This document shows, in pieces, positions 27,912 to 32,000 of a stretch of 32,000 nt of DNA (position 1 is the stretch's first letter; every line of letters starts with the position of its first letter). The translations under genes were made by a program, and so were the position numbers. A model generated the notes under the pieces. That model ran no database searches and was not told the DNA's origin. It was given only the letters and a program-made list of their open reading frames with translations. Source of the DNA: Vibrio vulnificus CMCP6 (GTDB lineage: Bacteria; Pseudomonadota; Gammaproteobacteria; Enterobacterales; Vibrionaceae); NCBI RefSeq assembly GCF_000039765.1, contig NC_004460.2, forward strand, positions 390,001-422,000. The letters run 5' to 3'.

Positions 27912-28880
27912 CTATCTTAACGACATCTGTTTGTTCCACGACAACCAACGCTGGCATTGCAACATGCCGCGATCGAGCAGAAGACCAATCAAGCCAATCA
28001 CAATCACTGCCACCATGATGCGGCCAAGTGAATCAGAGCTGCCGTTTTGAAACTCATCCCAAACAAACTTTCCTAGCCCTGGGTTTTGCGCCAACATTTC
28101 TGCGGCGATCAACACCATCCATGCAATGCCCAACGAAAGGCGTAATCCGGTAAACATCATTGGGATGGCCGATGGAAGCACGATGATGCGGATGTGTCGC
28201 CACCATGAAAGCCTCAGTACTTTGCTCACGTTGAGGAGATCTTTATCGACGCTGGTCACACCAACCGCCGTGTTGATCAAAGTTGGCCACAAGCTGCATA
28301 ACGCCACGGTAAACAGCGAGTTGACGAAAGACTTGGCAAAAAGCGGGTCATCACTGACGTAGGTTGCACTGACCACCATGGTGACAATCGGCAACCACGC
28401 CAAAGGTGAAACCGGCTTTAACAATTGGATGATTGGGTTGAACGCCATGTAGAGCCCTTGGTTTAGCCCGAGAATAATGCCAAGTGGAATAGCAATGAGA
28501 CTCGCCAACATAAACCCGCAAGCCACCGTCACCAAACTGGTGATGATTTGGTCGAAAAAGGTCGGTTTGCCGGTATATGGGCGAATTTTCACTTCGGCTG
28601 TAGGATCTTTTGCCAGCTTAGCTGCGTTGCGTTGCTCCTGCCGCTCAATAAAGCGCTGCTCCTTTTCGCGCTCATTGTGGTGCTCTGTGAGCAAATTAGA
28701 AAACTGTTGAAAGGTATCCACCGGACCTGGCAATGTGCCAAGCGACGTTTCGACTTGGCGTGCACTTAAGTGCCACGCCAACAAAAACACCAGTAAGCCA
28801 ATCAGGGGCAGAAGAATTAGCCGACTTTTGTCCGCCACAGCCTGTGAACTGGGAATAAGTGAAATAACATTTCCTGACAT
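27912..28880 (-). CDS. nrtB: Nitrate ABC transporter permease
   Basis: 322 aa, multi-TM, EAA-type loop (LSWWRHIRIIVLPSAIPMMFTGLRLSLGIAWMVLIAAEM). Confidence 0.9.
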   Translation of the reverse strand: MSGNVISLIPSSQAVADKSRLILLPLIGLLVFLLAWHLSARQVETSLGTLPGPVDTFQQFSNLLTEHHNEREKEQRFIERQEQRNAAKLAKDPTAEVKIRPYTGKPTFFDQIITSLVTVACGFMLASLIAIPLGIILGLNQGLYMAFNPIIQLLKPVSPLAWLPIVTMVVSATYVSDDPLFAKSFVNSLFTVALCSLWPTLINTAVGVTSVDKDLLNVSKVLRLSWWRHIRIIVLPSAIPMMFTGLRLSLGIAWMVLIAAEMLAQNPGLGKFVWDEFQNGSSDSLGRIMVAVIVIGLIGLLLDRGMLQCQRWLSWNKQMSLR

Positions 28881-28907
28881 AACGACTCCTTGTTATTCAT
28901 TGATGCG

Positions 28908-30269
28908 TTAAAGTGACTCAGAGCCTTTCAGGCCAATGGCAAACTGCTGCAGATACGCATTGGGGCTACGGCCGTCATAGCGGATCTGATCAATGAAGTG
29001 GGTTTGCGGTGGGCGAAAACCGCTTTCTTTGGCAAAGTCAGGAAAATCACTGGCGCTCAATGTCCCTTCTTCGATTAGTGCTTCTGCCGCGCGTTGATAA
29101 ATCTCTGGTCGATACACCTGCTTGGCGATGTCCATGTACCATGAGTCCGGTTTCTGATGTTCGATTTGTCCCCAACGGCGCATTTGTGTGAGATACCAAA
29201 TCGCGTCGCTGTAGTAGGGATAGGTGGCGTTGTAGCGAAAGAACACATTAAAATCGGGCACTTGTCGCTTATCGCCTTTTTCGTATTCAAACGTGCCAGT
29301 CATGGAATTGGCGATCACTTCCGCATCGGCGCCCACGTACTCGCTGCGTGAAAGCAGCTTCACGGCTTCGGCGCGATTGCGGTTATCGTTTTCATCTAAC
29401 CAATGCGCCGCACGGATCAGAGCTTTGACCACGCGGATATGGGTATTGGGGTACTTTTCCGCCCAATCTTGTGCAACGCCAAATACCTTCTCTGGGTTGT
29501 TTTTCCAGATCTCATAGTCGGTCACCACGGGCACACCAATGCCCTTAAACACCGCTTGCTGGTTCCACGGTTCACCAACGCAATAGCCTTTGATGGTGCC
29601 CGCTTCCATGGTGGCTGGCATTTGTGGTGGCGGCGTGACGCTGAGCAGCACGTCGGCATTAATTTGGCCACTGTTGTCGCCTTTATGCGGCGCATAAAAG
29701 CCAGGATGAATCCCCCCAGCCGCGAGCCAGTAGCGCAGTTCGTAGTTATGCGTTGAAACGGGAAACACCATGCCCATATTGAACGCTTTGCCTTGGTCGC
29801 GGTAACTTGTTACGACAGGTTTAAGGGCATCGGCTTTGATGGGGTGAACGGGTTTACCGTCACTGTCTTTGACCAAATTGGGCTTCATTTGCTGCCAAAC
29901 ATCGTTCGACACGGTGATCGCGTTACCATTGAGATCCATACTGAATGCGGTGATCACTTTGGCTTGCGTGCCAATGCCGATGGTGGCACCCAGTGGTTGG
30001 CCTGCCAGCATGTGCGCGCCATCCAGTTCACCATCAATCACGCGATCGAGCAGCACCTTCCAGTTGGCCTGCGCTTCTAGCGTCACATACAGCCCTTCAT
30101 CCTCAAAAAATCCTTTTTCATAAGCGATCGCCAACGGTGCCATGTCGGTCAATTTGATAAAGCCAAACTTTAAGTCCTCTTTTTCAGCCTCGCCGACTTC
30201 TGCGAGTACAACCGGTGAAGCAAACGCCAACCAACTTGTTAATACGCCAACTGTCCATCTCTTTTTCAT
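28908..30269 (-). CDS. nrtA: Periplasmic nitrate-binding protein (ABC transporter substrate-binding)
   Basis: [24 protein letters not shown] signal peptide, then [56 protein letters not shown]. The ATG at 30269 has an RBS (TTGGAGAAAATCGATG). Confidence 0.92.
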   Translation of the reverse strand: MKKRWTVGVLTSWLAFASPVVLAEVGEAEKEDLKFGFIKLTDMAPLAIAYEKGFFEDEGLYVTLEAQANWKVLLDRVIDGELDGAHMLAGQPLGATIGIGTQAKVITAFSMDLNGNAITVSNDVWQQMKPNLVKDSDGKPVHPIKADALKPVVTSYRDQGKAFNMGMVFPVSTHNYELRYWLAAGGIHPGFYAPHKGDNSGQINADVLLSVTPPPQMPATMEAGTIKGYCVGEPWNQQAVFKGIGVPVVTDYEIWKNNPEKVFGVAQDWAEKYPNTHIRVVKALIRAAHWLDENDNRNRAEAVKLLSRSEYVGADAEVIANSMTGTFEYEKGDKRQVPDFNVFFRYNATYPYYSDAIWYLTQMRRWGQIEHQKPDSWYMDIAKQVYRPEIYQRAAEALIEEGTLSASDFPDFAKESGFRPPQTHFIDQIRYDGRSPNAYLQQFAIGLKGSESL

Positions 30270-30280
30270 CGATTTTCTCC

Positions 30281-30318
30281 AAAAAAAAAGCGCCACGACT
30301 CCGAGGAGTCGTAGCGCC
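30281..30318 (-). terminator. Intrinsic terminator/attenuator in the nrtA 5' leader
   Basis: Minus strand GGCGCTACGACTCCTCGGAGTCGTGGCGCTTTTTTTTT: a stem of about 13 bp with one T/G wobble, then 9 T, ending just before the nrtA RBS. Confidence 0.92.
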
Positions 30319-30380
30319 GTTGCTTTCTCTGCAATTACCGCCGTTGATAATTGAGATTCGCCATTCAACAATGTGTCTAA
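30319..30380 (-). promoter_or_regulatory. Candidate ANTAR-responsive antitermination region of the nrtA leader
   Basis: Minus-strand TTGC-AGAGAAA-GCAA mini-hairpin flanked by the direct repeat CAACGGCG ... CAACGGCG, directly 5' of the attenuator. A NasT-type ANTAR protein gene is adjacent. Confidence 0.5.
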
Positions 30381-30389
30381 ATAAAGCTA

Positions 30390-30406
30390 TTCAATTAGTG
30401 TGCCAA
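30390..30406 (-). promoter_or_regulatory. Weak sigma-54-like promoter candidate for nrtA
   Basis: Minus strand TTGGCACACTAATTGAA: a perfect -24-like TTGGCAC, but the -12 half is TTGAA rather than TTGCA. Confidence 0.3.
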
Positions 30407-30534
30407 CGATATATTTACATAAAATCAGTACGTTATCGTTATGTTCTTTGCTGCTTCCTGCATCACTGCTTTGATTTAGTGCACGTCGCACCAATTGCAC
30501 TTTTTTCTCTTACCCCCAAAGTAGTAGAACAACC

Positions 30535-31119
30535 TTACAGTGTGGTTAACGTCGCAATCACGTTTTTCGCAACTTGCAGCATGGGTTGACTGGTTTGCAT
30601 CGCGGAACGACGCATCGCTTGATAGGCGGTTTCTTCGTCCACTTGTTGAAACTTCATCAGTAGACCTTTGGCTTTTTCAATCACTTTTCGCTCTTGCAAT
30701 TTGTCATTTAAAAGCGCCACTTTCTCCTCCACCAGCAAGTAACTTTCTCTTAGTTGCGCGGCGTAGTCGATCCAAGGCGCTAAAGGCAAAGTGTTTTCTT
30801 CTGGTAAAAACACACAGTCGTGGCAATCTTTTAACTGATTGAATTGGTGAGCAAAAACTTGGCGAAACAAGACCAACACCGGCCGCTTTTGTTGACGGCA
30901 ATACTCAATGATCAACCGCACTTCGGCGCAAGGGGCGGACCACCCGACGACGACGCAGCTTTCCGCTTCTCGCCGCAGGATGTGTTCCAATTGCCCTAGC
31001 TGACACCCGAGCACTTGGTCATATTCTTTCGCCAATCGCTCTGCTAAATGCGCTTGTTGTGTTAATGAATCGCAGCAAACAATCATCGTCCTTTGATAAG
31101 ACTTTTTCGTCATAGACAT
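30535..31119 (-). CDS. nasT: ANTAR-domain RNA-binding antiterminator (NasT-like)
   Basis: 194 aa with a degenerate receiver-like N-terminus and a C-terminal ANTAR: VALLNDKLQERKVIEKAKGLLMKFQQVDEETAYQAMRRSAMQTSQPMLQVAKNVI. Confidence 0.82.
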   Translation of the reverse strand: MSMTKKSYQRTMIVCCDSLTQQAHLAERLAKEYDQVLGCQLGQLEHILRREAESCVVVGWSAPCAEVRLIIEYCRQQKRPVLVLFRQVFAHQFNQLKDCHDCVFLPEENTLPLAPWIDYAAQLRESYLLVEEKVALLNDKLQERKVIEKAKGLLMKFQQVDEETAYQAMRRSAMQTSQPMLQVAKNVIATLTTL

Positions 31120-31204
31120 TCCTTGTCGTTTTCGTTATTTCACTATGACATAACAAGGAATGTGCCACCTTGGGGAACGGGCCCATCGATAGCGCACAAA
31201 TAGT

Positions 31205-31238
31205 GCAAAAAGAACAGCCAAGGCAGACTGACCTTGGC
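31205..31238 (-). terminator. Terminator downstream of the dienelactone hydrolase gene
   Basis: Minus-strand GCCAAGGTCAGTCTGCCTTGGCTGTTCTTTTT. Confidence 0.6.
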
Positions 31239-31271
31239 CGTGTGGATTAATGGATTCGTGGCAATGCGCCA

Positions 31272-32000
31272 CTAGGATTTGAGCTCGCGACGGAAAAACT
31301 CCACGGTTCTTTGCCAAGCCAACTCTGCCTCTTCTGGCGCATAACGGGCGGTCGAGTCGTTATGAAAGCCATGATTGACCTTCGGATAGATGAAGGCGTT
31401 GTAGCGAGCATTAATGGCTTTTAAATCTTGCTCATAGTCAGGCCAAGTGGCATTCACTCGTTGGTCGAGTTCGGCGAAATGGAGTTGAAGGGGCGCTTTG
31501 ATGTCGGCTCGTAACGATTTGTCTGCTGGCGTGCCATAAAACGGTACCCCAGCATTTAACTGTTCACCCATAACGGCCGCCAACATGTTCACCACATAGC
31601 CGCCAAAACAGAAACCAACCGCTCCTAGCTTGCCATTGCTCAGAGTATGCGTTTTGAGGTATTGCGCCGCGGCGATGAAATCTTGCTCTATTTTTGCTCT
31701 ATCGAGGTTCTTTTGCAGCTCACGGCCTTGGTCATCATTACCCGGATAACCGCCGACAGGCGCTAATGCATCCGGTGCAAAAGCGACAAACCCCTGCTTG
31801 GCTAAACGGCGTGCGACATCTTTGATGTAGGGGTTGAGGCCACGATTTTCATGCACCACGAGCACCACTGGTAGCGGCGTGGTCAGTTGCGTTGGCACCA
31901 CTAAATAGCCTTTGCCTTCGCCATGGCCTTTTGGTGAGGGGAACGTTTGATAACTGGCTTTGATATCGGGGTCATTAAACGACACTTGCTCCGCCTTTGC
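31272..32000 (-). CDS. Partial dienelactone hydrolase family protein (N-terminus probably beyond the right edge)
   Basis: VVLVVHENRGLNPYIKDVARRLAKQGFVAFAPDAL...LGAVGFCFGGYVVNML...YPKVNHGFHNDS (Cys/Asp/His hydrolase). The ORF-track start (GTG at 31985) is followed upstream by open frame AKAEQ to the edge. Confidence 0.88.
   Translation of the reverse strand, partial: AKAEQVSFNDPDIKASYQTFPSPKGHGEGKGYLVVPTQLTTPLPVVLVVHENRGLNPYIKDVARRLAKQGFVAFAPDALAPVGGYPGNDDQGRELQKNLDRAKIEQDFIAAAQYLKTHTLSNGKLGAVGFCFGGYVVNMLAAVMGEQLNAGVPFYGTPADKSLRADIKAPLQLHFAELDQRVNATWPDYEQDLKAINARYNAFIYPKVNHGFHNDSTARYAPEEAELAWQRTVEFFRRELKS

Noticed and set aside
30270-30371. N-terminal extension of nrtA ([34 protein letters not shown]...)
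   Set aside because: It lacks an ATG and a good RBS, and it translates straight through the attenuator hairpin and T-tract. The real start is the ATG at 30269 with TTGGAG. A leader-peptide role is possible but unsupported.

Overview
This is a 32 kb Vibrio-type chromosomal window; genus is inferred from protein flavour and no database was searched. It is mostly ordinary gene content with several accessory-looking modules. Left to right:
(1) A partial TolB/WD-like protein with an HEYAH zincin motif.
(2) tRNA-Cys, followed by a perfect-phase heptanucleotide tandem array.
(3) A small membrane ORF and a MaoC-like dehydratase.
(4) A four-gene signalling cluster: a hybrid histidine kinase with three receivers, CheR, a CheB catalytic domain and a REC-GGDEF protein. 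There is no MCP, CheA or CheW.
(5) An IclR-type regulator followed by a ureohydrolase/HutG-like protein that has apparently lost most metal ligands.
(6) An RhlE-type DEAD-box helicase.
(7) An orphan secreted MshQ/DUF6701-like protein.
(8) A YeiR/COG0523 GTPase, TrmK and a TPR-GGDEF protein.
(9) A lipoprotein with four 35-aa calcium-binding (thrombospondin type 3-like) repeats.
(10) A nitrate/nitrite assimilation block (ANTAR regulator, nrtA, nrtB, nrtD, nirB, nirD) with a strong attenuator hairpin in front of nrtA.
(11) A partial dienelactone hydrolase.
No CRISPR array, prophage, transposase or toxin-antitoxin module was recognised. The best candidates for follow-up are the HK-CheR-CheB-DGC cluster with its internal 28-aa coiled-coil duplication, the degenerate ureohydrolase, and the nrtA leader attenuator.
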